Shown one piece after another: positions 9,859 through 19,409 of a stretch of 64,000 nucleotides of DNA. A model generated the notes under the pieces. The model searched no databases, was not told the origin of the DNA, and saw only the letters and a program-made list of their open reading frames with translations. The DNA is from an uncultured bacterium (GTDB taxonomy: Bacteria > Patescibacteriota > Minisyncoccia > UBA6257 > 2-01-FULL-56-20): assembly GCA_963707865.1 (NCBI GenBank), contig OY970175.1:300352-364351 (forward strand), read 5' to 3'. The translations under genes and the position numbers were made by a program. Position 1 is the stretch's first letter; every line of letters starts with the position of its first letter.

Positions 9859-11274
9859 ATGGCACACTTGTCGCAAAAGAAGGTTCACTTCATAGGCATC
9901 GGAGGTATCGGCATGAGTGCCTTGGCTCGCTATTTTCTGTCCGAAAAATGGGCTGTTTCGGGGTCGGATGCGGCAAGAAGCCAGATTACCAATTCCCTCG
10001 TAAAAGACGGCATAAACGTCAAAATTGGGCATAAAAAGGGCCATTTACCCCGCGGTGTAGGCCTTGTAGTCATAAATTTGGCGATACCAACAAACAATCC
10101 GGAGCTACGCGAAGCGCGGCGGCAAGGCATCCGGGTACTTACCTACCCGGAGGCAGTGGGTGAACTCACTGAGCAGTACAAGACGATCGCCATAGCCGGC
10201 GCGCATGGCAAGAGTACGACGACGGCGCTTGCGGCACTTACCCTCATGTGTGGCGGGCTGGATCCCACCGTCATTGTGGGAACGAACCTCAAAGAGTTCG
10301 GTGGCGGCAAAAACGGCCGCAACTTCCGCCGCGGGCGCGGCAAATATCTCGTCCTTGAGGCCGATGAGTTCGGGAACGCGTTCTCGCACTACTCCCCTTT
10401 CATGGCCATCATTACGAACATTGACCGCGAACACCTGGATACGCATAAGAATCTCGCCGGCATCAAAAAAGCGTTCCTCGGTTTTACGAAAAACATAGCG
10501 AGCAGCGGCACGCTCATTTTAAACCGCGACAATAAAAATCTGCTTTCGCTTCGTGCGGAAATTTCGGCGATTGAAAAAAGGAAGGGCGTGAAGGTAATTT
10601 GGTACTCGGTCCGCGGCGGCGGAAAGTCCCCACACGACAGAATGCCCATGAACAAGATTGCGAACAAAATCCGAAGCGTGATCAAAATCCCCGGCGAGCA
10701 CAATATCTCAAACGCGGCCGCCGTCTATGAACTCGGCCTAGCACTCAAAATCCCCGAAAAAAAGATCCTCGCGGCGATCAGTGCGTATCGCGGCGCCTGG
10801 CGCCGGATGGAATATCGCGGCCAATTCAAGGACGTCAGCGGCAAAGACGCCCGGCGCGGCGCGCCCGTCTATGACGATTATGCCCATCACCCGACGGAGA
10901 TCAAAGCGACCCTCCAAGCGTTCCATGAGAAATATCCGCAAAAGAAGACTCTCTGTATTTTCCAACCCCATCAGGCAAAACGCTTGGCCGCGCTCTTTAA
11001 GGAATTTATGACCTGCTTCGCCGACGCGGACAAAACTCTTCTCCTCCCTATTTATAAGGTGGCCGGCCGCGATCAAAGGCCTAGCCGCTTTGATTCGGCG
11101 GCTCTCGCCCGCGCAATTCAAAAACGCGAACCGCAAAAACCATTTTTCTATCTCGCGAACCCGCGCAATTTGAAAAAGGCAATCCGCACGCTTGCCACTC
11201 CCCTCTCCCAATACGTCATCATCATGATGGGCGCGGGCGACATTGTGAACCTTACCGATTCCCTGTTATCATAG
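9859..11274 (+). CDS. murC: UDP-N-acetylmuramate--L-alanine ligase
   Basis: HFIGIGGIGMSALA, GAHGKSTTT, EADE, DDYAHHPTEI motifs. Confidence 0.96.
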   Translation: MAHLSQKKVHFIGIGGIGMSALARYFLSEKWAVSGSDAARSQITNSLVKDGINVKIGHKKGHLPRGVGLVVINLAIPTNNPELREARRQGIRVLTYPEAVGELTEQYKTIAIAGAHGKSTTTALAALTLMCGGLDPTVIVGTNLKEFGGGKNGRNFRRGRGKYLVLEADEFGNAFSHYSPFMAIITNIDREHLDTHKNLAGIKKAFLGFTKNIASSGTLILNRDNKNLLSLRAEISAIEKRKGVKVIWYSVRGGGKSPHDRMPMNKIANKIRSVIKIPGEHNISNAAAVYELGLALKIPEKKILAAISAYRGAWRRMEYRGQFKDVSGKDARRGAPVYDDYAHHPTEIKATLQAFHEKYPQKKTLCIFQPHQAKRLAALFKEFMTCFADADKTLLLPIYKVAGRDQRPSRFDSAALARAIQKREPQKPFFYLANPRNLKKAIRTLATPLSQYVIIMMGAGDIVNLTDSLLS

Positions 11275-11278
11275 TGCC

Positions 11279-12061
11279 ATGTTCGGCGATTATAAGGACG
11301 CGACCGATTTCAAGGAAAAATCCGGCTACACGATTGACGGTGTTTGGTATCCGCGCGTGACAAAGATCGTGACGATTAAATCCAAGCCCGCGCTTTATCG
11401 CTATTACGGCGAGGCCGCGAGCTACAAAGCGGCGCAGGATATTACTGAACAGTCGGCAAAAGAAGGAACAATGATCCACGAAGCAGTAGAGGGGTTATTA
11501 CTTGGCAAAAATCCGGAGATCCCAGCCGAGATTGCACCTGCGGTGAAATCGTTCCAGGAATTCTCCGCCGCAAACAATATAGAGGTGTCTCCCGAGCTTG
11601 TGGAACGCCGCATCGTAAACTACGACCATCGCTACGCAGGCACGGTGGATGCAATCGCCTTGATCGGCGGACGGCTTGGCGTTCTGGACATTAAGACCTC
11701 GCAGGCCATTTATCGCGATTATAGTTTGCAAACCTCGGCATACATGGACGCCCTAAAGACACAGTTCAGAAATCTGCAGACGCGGTGGATCCTGCGCATT
11801 GACCAGATCCAAAAGTGCATGCGGTGCGGCGCGGTGCGGCGCGTAAAGGGCGGCCGCGAAAAAGTGCGCGTTGATTGGAAAAACGGCAACGCTCACGCAG
11901 CAGCCATGAGGGCCTGCGAGCACGATTGGGGTCCGCTTATGGGCGAAATAGAGCTCAAGGAATTTCCTTATTGGCAGAACGACTTTGAGGCGTTCCTTGG
12001 CGCCAAAAAACTTTGGGAGTGGGAAAACGACGGGTGGCTTAAGAGGGTTGGCTATCTATGA
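11279..12061 (+). CDS. PD-(D/E)XK (RecB/MGME1-like) nuclease
   Basis: YPRVT.I, GT.IHEAVE, E.......YAGTVD......DIKTS, Q..AY motifs; CxxC insertion. Confidence 0.75.
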   Translation: MFGDYKDATDFKEKSGYTIDGVWYPRVTKIVTIKSKPALYRYYGEAASYKAAQDITEQSAKEGTMIHEAVEGLLLGKNPEIPAEIAPAVKSFQEFSAANNIEVSPELVERRIVNYDHRYAGTVDAIALIGGRLGVLDIKTSQAIYRDYSLQTSAYMDALKTQFRNLQTRWILRIDQIQKCMRCGAVRRVKGGREKVRVDWKNGNAHAAAMRACEHDWGPLMGEIELKEFPYWQNDFEAFLGAKKLWEWENDGWLKRVGYL

Positions 12062-12813
12062 TCGAGCCGGGACCGACAATAAAATTGATAACGCTTAACG
12101 TTGAAATGAATCGTCACTGGGATCGCATTGTTCCTTTTCTTGAGCGCGAATCACCGGACGTATTGTGCCTGCAGGAACTTTTTGATCGGGACATAAAAAT
12201 GCTTGCCAATCGCTTCGGATACCAGTACGTATATATCCCCACAACCAAAATAGCATACGACACAGGAACTGCCGTCCTTACCCGGCTACCACTAAAAGAT
12301 GTAAACAGTGCCTATTACTACAAGCCGGCGCCGGAAATCCAAACGTTCCGAGGTGCCACATTGGTTGAACTGCGAGCAACCGTCCACGAAGGAATCGTAT
12401 GGGGCGCAATTGAGAAGGACGGAGCGCGGTTCACCGTTGCCTCCACCCATTTCACATGGACGCCGGATGGCAAACCGAACGAAAACCAAGATCGCGATAT
12501 TGTATCGCTATTCAAAATCCTAGATGGCATTCCTGCACTAATCCTGTGTGGCGATCTCAATGCCCCCCGCGGAGACAACCGGATTTACCGCTCACTTATC
12601 GAGCGGTTCAAAGATAATATTCCGGCCGATATTGAAACCACCCTTGATATGGATTTGCGCAAAGAAACGGATCCCGTTGAACGTGCGCGGCTTAGGACGT
12701 ACGTCGTTGATTACATTTTTTCAACGCCCGAATATGCCGTAAGTGATGTCCGGCGCGTATGCGGCTTGAGCGATCATTGCGCTATCGTCGCAAATGTATC
12801 CCGCCAGGCGTGA
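12058..12813 (+). CDS. Endonuclease/exonuclease/phosphatase (EEP) family protein
   Basis: TLNV, DVLCLQE, STH, GDLN, DYIF, SDH motifs; ATGA overlap with the upstream gene. Confidence 0.88.
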   Translation: MIEPGPTIKLITLNVEMNRHWDRIVPFLERESPDVLCLQELFDRDIKMLANRFGYQYVYIPTTKIAYDTGTAVLTRLPLKDVNSAYYYKPAPEIQTFRGATLVELRATVHEGIVWGAIEKDGARFTVASTHFTWTPDGKPNENQDRDIVSLFKILDGIPALILCGDLNAPRGDNRIYRSLIERFKDNIPADIETTLDMDLRKETDPVERARLRTYVVDYIFSTPEYAVSDVRRVCGLSDHCAIVANVSRQA

Positions 12814-12821
12814 GCGACGCG

Positions 12822-14630
12822 TTATCCCCTCCCGGCCCTCTTTTTATCGCTCTCCGTCAGATATTGTTTCCGGATGCGGACGCTCTGAGGTGTAACCTCC
12901 ACGAGTTCGTCGTCGCCAATATAGTCCAGCGAGTCCTCAAGCGAAAGTGAGAGCGGCGTTTCAAGTTGGTCGGCAAGGCCTTCGTTCTTCGCACGGAAAT
13001 TTGTAAGCTGCCTTTCACGGGCAACGTGTACCATCACGTCGCCGTCCTTCGCGTTCTCGCCGACAACCATACCTTCGTAGACCTCTATACCTGGGCCGAT
13101 AAAAAGCGTTCCCCTCCCCTGCGCGGTCACGAGACCGTAGTTGTTTGATTTGCCCACCTGCGTGGCCACAATGGAACCGTGCGGGATGGCGGTAATGTCG
13201 CCCTTATATGGCTCATAACCAAGAAAGATGCTGTTCATAATGCCCGTGCCTTTTGTGGCCGTGAGGAACCGGTTGCGGATGCCGATGAGCCCGCGCGTGG
13301 GAATTTCAAAATCCATAAATGAGTTCTTTTTATCGTCCATCCGCATGTTCTTCATCACCCCGAGGCGCTTTCCCATCATTTCAATCACAACGCCGGAATA
13401 TTGTTCGGGCACTTCGATGGAGACAAGTTCCATTGGTTCCAGTTTTTTACCATCTTTTTCTTTGAAAATAACCTGTGGTTTTGAAACTTCCAGTTCAAAT
13501 CCTTCACGGCGCATTTTCTCAATAAGGATGGCGAGGTGCAGTTCGCCGCGGCCCGCGACGATCCAGCGGTCGGCGGCTTCGGTTGGCTTCACGGAAAGCG
13601 CCACGTCAGTTTCAAGCTCGTGTTCCAACCGCTCTTTTATGTTCCGTGAGGTCGTTAATTTCCCCTCTCTGCCGCGGAAAGGCGATGTATTCACGCTGAA
13701 CGTCATCTTGATCGTCGGTTCGTCAATCAGAATAGTAGGGAGTGGCATTGGGTGTTCGGGATCGGTGATCGTCTCACCGATCGTGATGTCAGGAATACCG
13801 GCAATCGCCACAATGTCCCCTGCTTCTGCCTGATTCACATCCACGCGGCCCAATCCGTCAAACAACATCACGGACGTGAGTTCTTCTTTTTTTATCTCGC
13901 CCGAACGGGTGACGCGCGCCACAGTCATTGCTTTTTTAAGGATGCCTGAATACAAACGCCCGATGGCGATCTTCCCTTTATAATTGTCATACGCAAGATT
14001 CACGGTGAGCATCTGTAAAATATCGGTCTCGCTTTTTTTGGGCGCTGGAATGTGTTTCACGATCGTTTCAAAGATCGGCTCAATATTTTTCATCTCCCTC
14101 AAATTTTTTGCGAGGCCCGCTTTCCCTTCACGCGCGGCGGCGTAGATCACGGGGAATTCAATCTGCTCTTCCGTGGCGTCCAGCTCAAAAAAGAGGTCGT
14201 AGGTGGCATTGAGCGCCCACTCCGGCCGCGCATCCGGCTTATCAATTTTATTTATGACGACTACTATTTTGTGCCCCGCTTGGATCGCTTTCCTCAAAAC
14301 GAACTTCGTCTGGGGCATCGGACCTTCTTTCGCGTCCACAAGGAGCAACACGCCGTCCACCATACGCATGATGCGCTCCACCTCGCCGCCGAAGTCCGCA
14401 TGGCCCGGCGTATCCACGATATTGATCTTTATGCCCTTGTACATCACCGCCGCGTTCTTGGAAAAGATGGTGATCCCCCGCTCCCGTTCCAGTTCGTTCG
14501 TATCCATGATGAGCGTCGTTTCCGCGCCGCTCTTCAACTTAAAGTTCGTCGACTGCTTCAAGAGCGCGTCAACGAGCGTCGTCTTCCCGTGATCCACATG
14601 GGCGATAATGGCAATATTTCGCAGCTCCAT
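12822..14630 (-). CDS. typA: Translational GTPase TypA/BipA
   Basis: [48 protein letters not shown]. Confidence 0.97.
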   Translation of the reverse strand: MELRNIAIIAHVDHGKTTLVDALLKQSTNFKLKSGAETTLIMDTNELERERGITIFSKNAAVMYKGIKINIVDTPGHADFGGEVERIMRMVDGVLLLVDAKEGPMPQTKFVLRKAIQAGHKIVVVINKIDKPDARPEWALNATYDLFFELDATEEQIEFPVIYAAAREGKAGLAKNLREMKNIEPIFETIVKHIPAPKKSETDILQMLTVNLAYDNYKGKIAIGRLYSGILKKAMTVARVTRSGEIKKEELTSVMLFDGLGRVDVNQAEAGDIVAIAGIPDITIGETITDPEHPMPLPTILIDEPTIKMTFSVNTSPFRGREGKLTTSRNIKERLEHELETDVALSVKPTEAADRWIVAGRGELHLAILIEKMRREGFELEVSKPQVIFKEKDGKKLEPMELVSIEVPEQYSGVVIEMMGKRLGVMKNMRMDDKKNSFMDFEIPTRGLIGIRNRFLTATKGTGIMNSIFLGYEPYKGDITAIPHGSIVATQVGKSNNYGLVTAQGRGTLFIGPGIEVYEGMVVGENAKDGDVMVHVARERQLTNFRAKNEGLADQLETPLSLSLEDSLDYIGDDELVEVTPQSVRIRKQYLTESDKKRAGRG

Positions 14631-14765
14631 GACGACTTATTATAGACGCTTTCTATATTTTTAGAAAGGTTGTATAATATGGGTAGCCTTTTGAGATATT
14701 CTCCATACGCTCCTTGATAGCCGAATTTGTTTTGTTTTCAAAGGCCGTCAAATTGCATAAATCTC

Positions 14766-15659
14766 ATGAAAAAATTATTTATTACTTTATTTTTTGTGGT
14801 TGCAATCGCGAGCTTTGGAGGAATACTGGGTCCATTTACCGCACGTGCCGATAATACGCTCACGCCAGCGCAGGCAGCCGTAATGCAACAAGCGCTTAAT
14901 ACGATGAAGGCGGAGCTGCGCGAGCTCCAAGCCCAGGCCGCGGCGCAAACGGGCGCACCGACGCTGGCGCCGACCCCTGCCGTCCTTGGATCTTCGCTTA
15001 CGCCGGAAAACGCTGCATCGCTTGCAAACGTGCTTTCCCTGCTCACCACGGCGCTCACGGGCCTTCAATCAAGCCTGGCGAGAAATCCACAAATCATCGC
15101 AGGCCATGAAGGGGCCATCCTATCCACGCTGAAAGGTGTGGGTACCACGCTCGCAATGATTGGGGCAACACTCGCAGGGAACCCAAGCGCCGCTCCACTC
15201 GCGGTTTCGTCACCATCCGCCGTAACTGCCGCGCCTGTTCCGCAGGCGCAGGTGCAGGCGCCCACTCCCACACCGGAAACCCCCACACAAGTGATGCCGC
15301 AAACATCGGGGGCCACGAATCCCGAAAACACACTGCCGCAGATCGCACAGGTGGGAACGACCTGGTCGCTCTGGAACTTAAACTGGCCGCTCATCGGTGT
15401 GATCGCACTTGTGGTCATCGCAGTGCTTACATGGCTTTTCTGGCCAGGCGGTGAGAACGAAGAGGTAGAAGTGAAAGAGAGAAGCTCGCCTTTCCCCGCA
15501 CCTACCGTTACGCTTACGAGCATCGCAAAGCCAGTGGGGTCACCGTCGGCGCCAATCGCAACTAGTGCCGTAGCGACACCCCTCGGCGTACCTGCCGGAA
15601 GATCACCCCAACCCCCGCAACCCTCGCAACAGCCGCATCAGCAAAGGAAACCCGCATAA
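14766..15659 (+). CDS. Hypothetical secreted/membrane protein, Pro/Gln-rich
   Basis: MKK signal peptide, one TM helix, low-complexity P/Q/T tail; followed by a terminator. Confidence 0.7.
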   Translation: MKKLFITLFFVVAIASFGGILGPFTARADNTLTPAQAAVMQQALNTMKAELRELQAQAAAQTGAPTLAPTPAVLGSSLTPENAASLANVLSLLTTALTGLQSSLARNPQIIAGHEGAILSTLKGVGTTLAMIGATLAGNPSAAPLAVSSPSAVTAAPVPQAQVQAPTPTPETPTQVMPQTSGATNPENTLPQIAQVGTTWSLWNLNWPLIGVIALVVIAVLTWLFWPGGENEEVEVKERSSPFPAPTVTLTSIAKPVGSPSAPIATSAVATPLGVPAGRSPQPPQPSQQPHQQRKPA

Positions 15660-15675
15660 CGCGGGTTTTCCTTTT
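15643..15675 (+). terminator. Intrinsic terminator
   Basis: AAAGGAAACCCGC-ATAAC-GCGGGTTTTCCTTTT hairpin with U-tract. Confidence 0.7.
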
Positions 15676-15678
15676 GGT

Positions 15679-15755
15679 AAATTTCTAATTTCTAATGTCA
15701 AATTTCTAATGACCAATCGGACGTTCAGCAAGTTGGACATTCGACATTAGAATTT
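15679..15755. repeat. Heptamer tandem repeats (AATTTCT/AATGTCA/AATGACC) in inverted arrangement
   Basis: aatttct aatttct aatgtca aatttct aatgacc followed by the reverse-orientation ttggaca ttcgaca ttagaat. Confidence 0.8.
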
Positions 15756-15783
15756 TTTAATCTTTATATGCTATTTTGTCTGA

Positions 15784-16146
15784 ATGGCAAAGAAAAGAAT
15801 TTATGACCTTGAGGAACGGACGGCGAAATTCGGGGAAGCGATTATACGCCTCGTTCTTCGGATAACAAAAACAACCGTGAACGACGTTGTTGTGGTGCAA
15901 TTGGCGCGTGCCGGAACAAGCATCGGCGCTAATTACTGCGAAGCCGACGATGCGGAATCCAGAAAAGATTTTCGGCATAAAATCGGCATTTGCAAAAAAG
16001 AGGCGCGAGAAGCCGCCTACTGGCTTCGCATGACGACGATCATCCATCCAACGATTAAAAACGAGGCTGACGCACTTCGGCAAGAAGCGAAAGAATTAAA
16101 CCTCATTTTCAACGCAATTCGGAAAAAAATGGGAATTCACCATTAG
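15784..16146 (+). CDS. Four helix bundle protein (TIGR02436 / 23S rRNA IVP / Avd-like family)
   Basis: YDLEERT..F, QL.RAGTSIGANY.EA..AES.KDF.HK..I..KEARE..YWL. Confidence 0.9.
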   Translation: MAKKRIYDLEERTAKFGEAIIRLVLRITKTTVNDVVVVQLARAGTSIGANYCEADDAESRKDFRHKIGICKKEAREAAYWLRMTTIIHPTIKNEADALRQEAKELNLIFNAIRKKMGIHH

Positions 16147-16180
16147 TCACCGGCTGTTAGAAATTTGACATTAGAAATTA
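16143..16180. repeat. Heptamer repeats; 16157-16180 is a perfect 24-bp inverted copy of 15686-15709
   Basis: TTAGAAATTTGACATTAGAAATTA is the reverse complement of TAATTTCTAATGTCAAATTTCTAA. Confidence 0.85.
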
Positions 16181-16341
16181 TGACGTTCTTCTCACACTAC
16201 AAAAAAGAACTTCTCCTTGGGGCCATTATTTTCTTAGTGTCGTCTTTGAGTTTCGGTCTCGGCTATCTTGCAAACCGCGAATTCAACCATGTTCCCATCA
16301 TCATTGAGAATTGCAGAAATACGGGAACAAGCATCCCTTAA
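16180..16341 (+). CDS. Small single-TM protein (53 aa, below the ORF track cutoff)
   Basis: Translated by hand: MTFFSHYKKELLLGAIIFLVSSLSFGLGYLANREFNHVPIIIENCRNTGTSIP. Confidence 0.65.
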   Translation: MTFFSHYKKELLLGAIIFLVSSLSFGLGYLANREFNHVPIIIENCRNTGTSIP

Positions 16342-16349
16342 CCCGGCCA

Positions 16350-16402
16350 TTAGCCAGGCATTCGGCATTAGGCATTAGAAATTCAACATTAGAAATTAGA
16401 AA
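16350..16402. repeat. Heptamer tandem repeats (TTAGAAA/TTAGGCA/TTCGGCA/TTCAACA)
   Basis: About 7 units with 7-nt period, overlapping the stop codon of 16396-17133. Confidence 0.75.
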
Positions 16403-17133
16403 CTTAAACATTGTTCCCACTTTGTGTAGAGTTCGCGGGTCGCGCGGAGATCCCCCACATTATACCGCGCAATATCCAAAAACTTTTTCTTTTTGAAAAG
16501 CGGCCCTACGTCGTCGCCCGTCACACCTCCGGACTTCGGACTCGGAATGCCGAACGCACGCGACCACAAATGCAAACTCCCCTTTCGCCGCGTCGCGCCA
16601 TAGAATGAAAGCTGTTCCGCAAGGTCAATATGCAACGCCTCGGGATTATTTTGGTAGAGATATCGCCCGCGCATGAGGTCCTTCGTCGGTTTCACCCCCT
16701 TGATCGCGGAACGGATCATCAAAAACGGCACGTCAAACGCGCGGCCGTTGAACGTAATGAACACTTGGTAACGCGTGGCGAGTTCCCAGAACTTCCGGAG
16801 CATTTCCTCTTCCTCCATCTGCTTGAACGAGATGCCGCCTTCTTTTATCTCCTCGTTGCGCTCGCCCGGCGCCTGATAATACACCCCACCTTCGTTCTTG
16901 TGATAATCCAAAACGCCGATCGCGACGATCTCTCCCGTCAAGGGCGAAAATCCGAGGCCATTCTTCAGCTCCGTGAGCGCGCGTTTATATTCTTCCTCGT
17001 TTTCGGAATCCTTTTTGATCCAATGGGTAAGATTTTCCTGCGTCGCGCGGTCAAGCTTTTCAAACTCCTCCCCTATCGTTTCTATGTCCAGAATCAATTT
17101 GTTCGTTGACGCCATGGTTGACTTTGTTTTCAT
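16396..17133 (-). CDS. PolB-related 3'-5' exonuclease (RNase H-like, DEDD)
   Basis: LDIET, TFNGRAFDVPFL, HIDL, YN.GDL motifs. Confidence 0.85.
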   Translation of the reverse strand: MKTKSTMASTNKLILDIETIGEEFEKLDRATQENLTHWIKKDSENEEEYKRALTELKNGLGFSPLTGEIVAIGVLDYHKNEGGVYYQAPGERNEEIKEGGISFKQMEEEEMLRKFWELATRYQVFITFNGRAFDVPFLMIRSAIKGVKPTKDLMRGRYLYQNNPEALHIDLAEQLSFYGATRRKGSLHLWSRAFGIPSPKSGGVTGDDVGPLFKKKKFLDIARYNVGDLRATRELYTKWEQCLSF

Positions 17134-17156
17134 TCTAACATAGAATAGAAACCACT

Positions 17157-17429
17157 ATGGCACATACGAAAGCCCTCGGTTCAACCAAATTGGGACGCGA
17201 TTCTGTCGCGAAGCGGCTCGGCGTGAAGATCAACAATGGTCAAAAAGCGGCGGTTGGGCAGATTATCGTCCGCCAGCGCGGCACGAAATACGTGCCGGGC
17301 GTGAATGTCATTCGTGCGGAGGACGACACGCTCTACGCCGCGAAGAACGGCGTCGTAAAATTCCTTACGAAGATGAAAACAAACTTCGACGGCTCACGGA
17401 AAAAAGCGACATTCGTCGCAGTGCAGTAG
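17157..17429 (+). CDS. rpmA: 50S ribosomal protein L27
   Basis: [29 protein letters not shown]. Confidence 0.97.
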   Translation: MAHTKALGSTKLGRDSVAKRLGVKINNGQKAAVGQIIVRQRGTKYVPGVNVIRAEDDTLYAAKNGVVKFLTKMKTNFDGSRKKATFVAVQ

Positions 17430-17469
17430 CGGCGCAATAGCTGCCGCAGCGTGACGAGAGACGGCCCGC

Positions 17470-17922
17470 TTAACGCGTGGCCTTTTTTACCACTATTGTC
17501 ATGTTCGCCGTGATGCCTTTTTTGAAATCGATCGTGATCGCATACTCCCCTGCTTCTTTGAGTGGGTGCGCGAGATCAATGTCCACGCGTTCCGTGGTGA
17601 TCAACCCGTGTTCGCGGAGCGCCCTGAGAATGGATTCTTTGTTGACGGAGCCGAAGATGGCGCCTGATTTGTCGGCGGCAAGTTCAAATTCCAATTTCGT
17701 ATCCGCAATCTTCCGTGCGATTTCCGCACGATGCGCGCGGAGCTCGCGGTCATTTTTCTCATATGCCGCCTTTTGCGCCTCAAGTTTTTTGAGCGCGGCG
17801 GGCGTGGCCGGCTCGGCAAGTTTATTCACGAAAAGAAAATTTCGGGCGTAGCCGCCACTCACTTCCTTCACTTCGTATTTTTTGCCGACACTGCGGACAT
17901 CTTCAAGAAGGATCACTTTCAT
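17470..17922 (-). CDS. rplI: 50S ribosomal protein L9
   Basis: [12 protein letters not shown]...[16 protein letters not shown]. Confidence 0.96.
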   Translation of the reverse strand: MKVILLEDVRSVGKKYEVKEVSGGYARNFLFVNKLAEPATPAALKKLEAQKAAYEKNDRELRAHRAEIARKIADTKLEFELAADKSGAIFGSVNKESILRALREHGLITTERVDIDLAHPLKEAGEYAITIDFKKGITANMTIVVKKATR

Positions 17923-18003
17923 AATTTTTAATTTCTAAATCTAATTTCTAATGTCCAAGGGCTATTGGTCATTCGTCATAAGAAATTAGTCATTAGAAAT
18001 TTC
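17923..18003. repeat. Heptamer repeats in inverted arrangement between ctpA and rplI
   Basis: aattttt aatttct ... aatttct aatgtcc then ttggtca ttcgtca taagaaa ttagtca ttagaaa; overlaps the last codons of ctpA. Confidence 0.75.
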
Positions 18004-19233
18004 ATTCTGCAGTACCTGTATCGCTTTATCAAGCTGGGGATCGCGGCCGTTCGCGATGTCGTCGTCGGAACGCGCTACGGCGTAATCCGGCGCGATGCCC
18101 TCGTGGTCAATGATCTTTCCCAAAGGCAGCACCCAGTGGGCCACCGTGAGCTTGATCGCAGAGCCATCCGAGAGCGACTCAAGTTCCTGCACGGTTCCCT
18201 TCCCGAAGCTCGTTTCCCCCACGAGCGGCACGTGCCGATCGTCGTGAAGCGCACCTGCAAGGATCTCCGCCGCGGATGCCGAGCCGCCATTCACAAGCAC
18301 GGCGATCGGGAAATTTGAGAGGATACCTTCGCCCTGCGCCGTGTAATCCTGCTCCGGCACCGCGCGGCCTACTTCTTTCACCACGAGCGAACCGGGCTTC
18401 AGGAAATATCCCGCGATGTCAACCGCAACCTCAAGATACCCACCGGGGTCGTCGCGGAGGTCAAGTACGATCCCCTTTGCATTCTTGGCAAGCGCTTTGA
18501 CGAGTGCTTGGTAAAAAAGGAAATTGGCGTCCTCAGTGAACTCGCTTAACGTGATGTGCGCGATATTGCCTTTCATTTCAAATTCCACGTTCGGAACTTG
18601 GATGTTCGTCCGCGTTATCTTGAAATCTTTCGGCGCGCTCCAACCGGTACGCAGTATGCTCAAGGTGACGACGGTTCCTTCCGGTCCGCGGATCAAGTTC
18701 ACTGCATCATCCACCGTCATGCCGCTCGTGGATGTCGCGTCAACGGCAACGATCCAATCCTTCGGTTTCAGCCCCGTCTTCTCCGCCGGCGTACCCTTGA
18801 GCGGCGCCACCACCACGATGTGGCCGTCAGCGTCCGTGCCGAGCTGCGCGCCGATGCCCCCAAAGTCGCCCGTGATGTTTTCCTGGAATTGCTGGTTGCT
18901 TTGTGGCGTGAAAAATTCCGAATACGGATCGTTCAGCGAATTCACGAGGCCGTTCACCGCGCCGTACAGTTTATCCTCGTTGGTCGTGCTTCCGTTGCGG
19001 AGATAGTTATCGTTGATAGTCTGCCACGCCTGCCAGAACAAGCTGAAGTCGGCAGCGCTCATGCCCGTGGATGACGGCGGCGCAAGATCGGTCGCGCCGG
19101 TCACGACGACGACCGGCTGTGGATTTTTTTTCTCTGCATTCCAGCCGAGGAAAAAACCGCTCCCAAGGAGCGCAAGACCCACGATAGCGGCAATCCCTAT
19201 TTCCAATATTTTTTTGCCGACGCGAGAACCCAT
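17986..19233 (-). CDS. ctpA: S41 family carboxyl-terminal protease
   Basis: DPYS, GIGA (PDZ), DLRDDPGGYL, SASAAEI, GE.SFGKGTVQ, D.QL.KA. Confidence 0.92.
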   Translation of the reverse strand: MGSRVGKKILEIGIAAIVGLALLGSGFFLGWNAEKKNPQPVVVVTGATDLAPPSSTGMSAADFSLFWQAWQTINDNYLRNGSTTNEDKLYGAVNGLVNSLNDPYSEFFTPQSNQQFQENITGDFGGIGAQLGTDADGHIVVVAPLKGTPAEKTGLKPKDWIVAVDATSTSGMTVDDAVNLIRGPEGTVVTLSILRTGWSAPKDFKITRTNIQVPNVEFEMKGNIAHITLSEFTEDANFLFYQALVKALAKNAKGIVLDLRDDPGGYLEVAVDIAGYFLKPGSLVVKEVGRAVPEQDYTAQGEGILSNFPIAVLVNGGSASAAEILAGALHDDRHVPLVGETSFGKGTVQELESLSDGSAIKLTVAHWVLPLGKIIDHEGIAPDYAVARSDDDIANGRDPQLDKAIQVLQNEISND

Positions 19234-19387
19234 CTCAAAAGTATATCTCATGATTCTTCTGGCCAGTTTCGGCTGCGAAAGGCGACTGCCTCCTCGGAGT
19301 AGACAAAGCTACACCTTCGTCGGCATTCGCCTTTCTCGCTCGAAACTGTTTCAAAATCCTCACGAGCATACTTTTGGGATGGGTTCT
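19225..19387. mobile_element. 163-bp MITE inserted at the ctpA start
   Basis: 19-bp TIRs AGAACCCATC(T/C)CAAAAGTA (1 mismatch), GCG direct repeats at 19222-24 and 19388-90, internal long hairpin. Confidence 0.8.
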
Positions 19388-19409
19388 GCGCATAGTACCC
19401 TAGATTATA

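Noticed and set aside
15784-16146. Diversity-generating retroelement (protein is Avd-related)
   Set aside because: No reverse transcriptase and no TR/VR pair with adenine-specific mismatches was seen in the window
15679-18003. Heptamer repeat tracts as a CRISPR array
   Set aside because: Units are 7-nt tandem and degenerate with no unique spacers, and no cas genes are in the window
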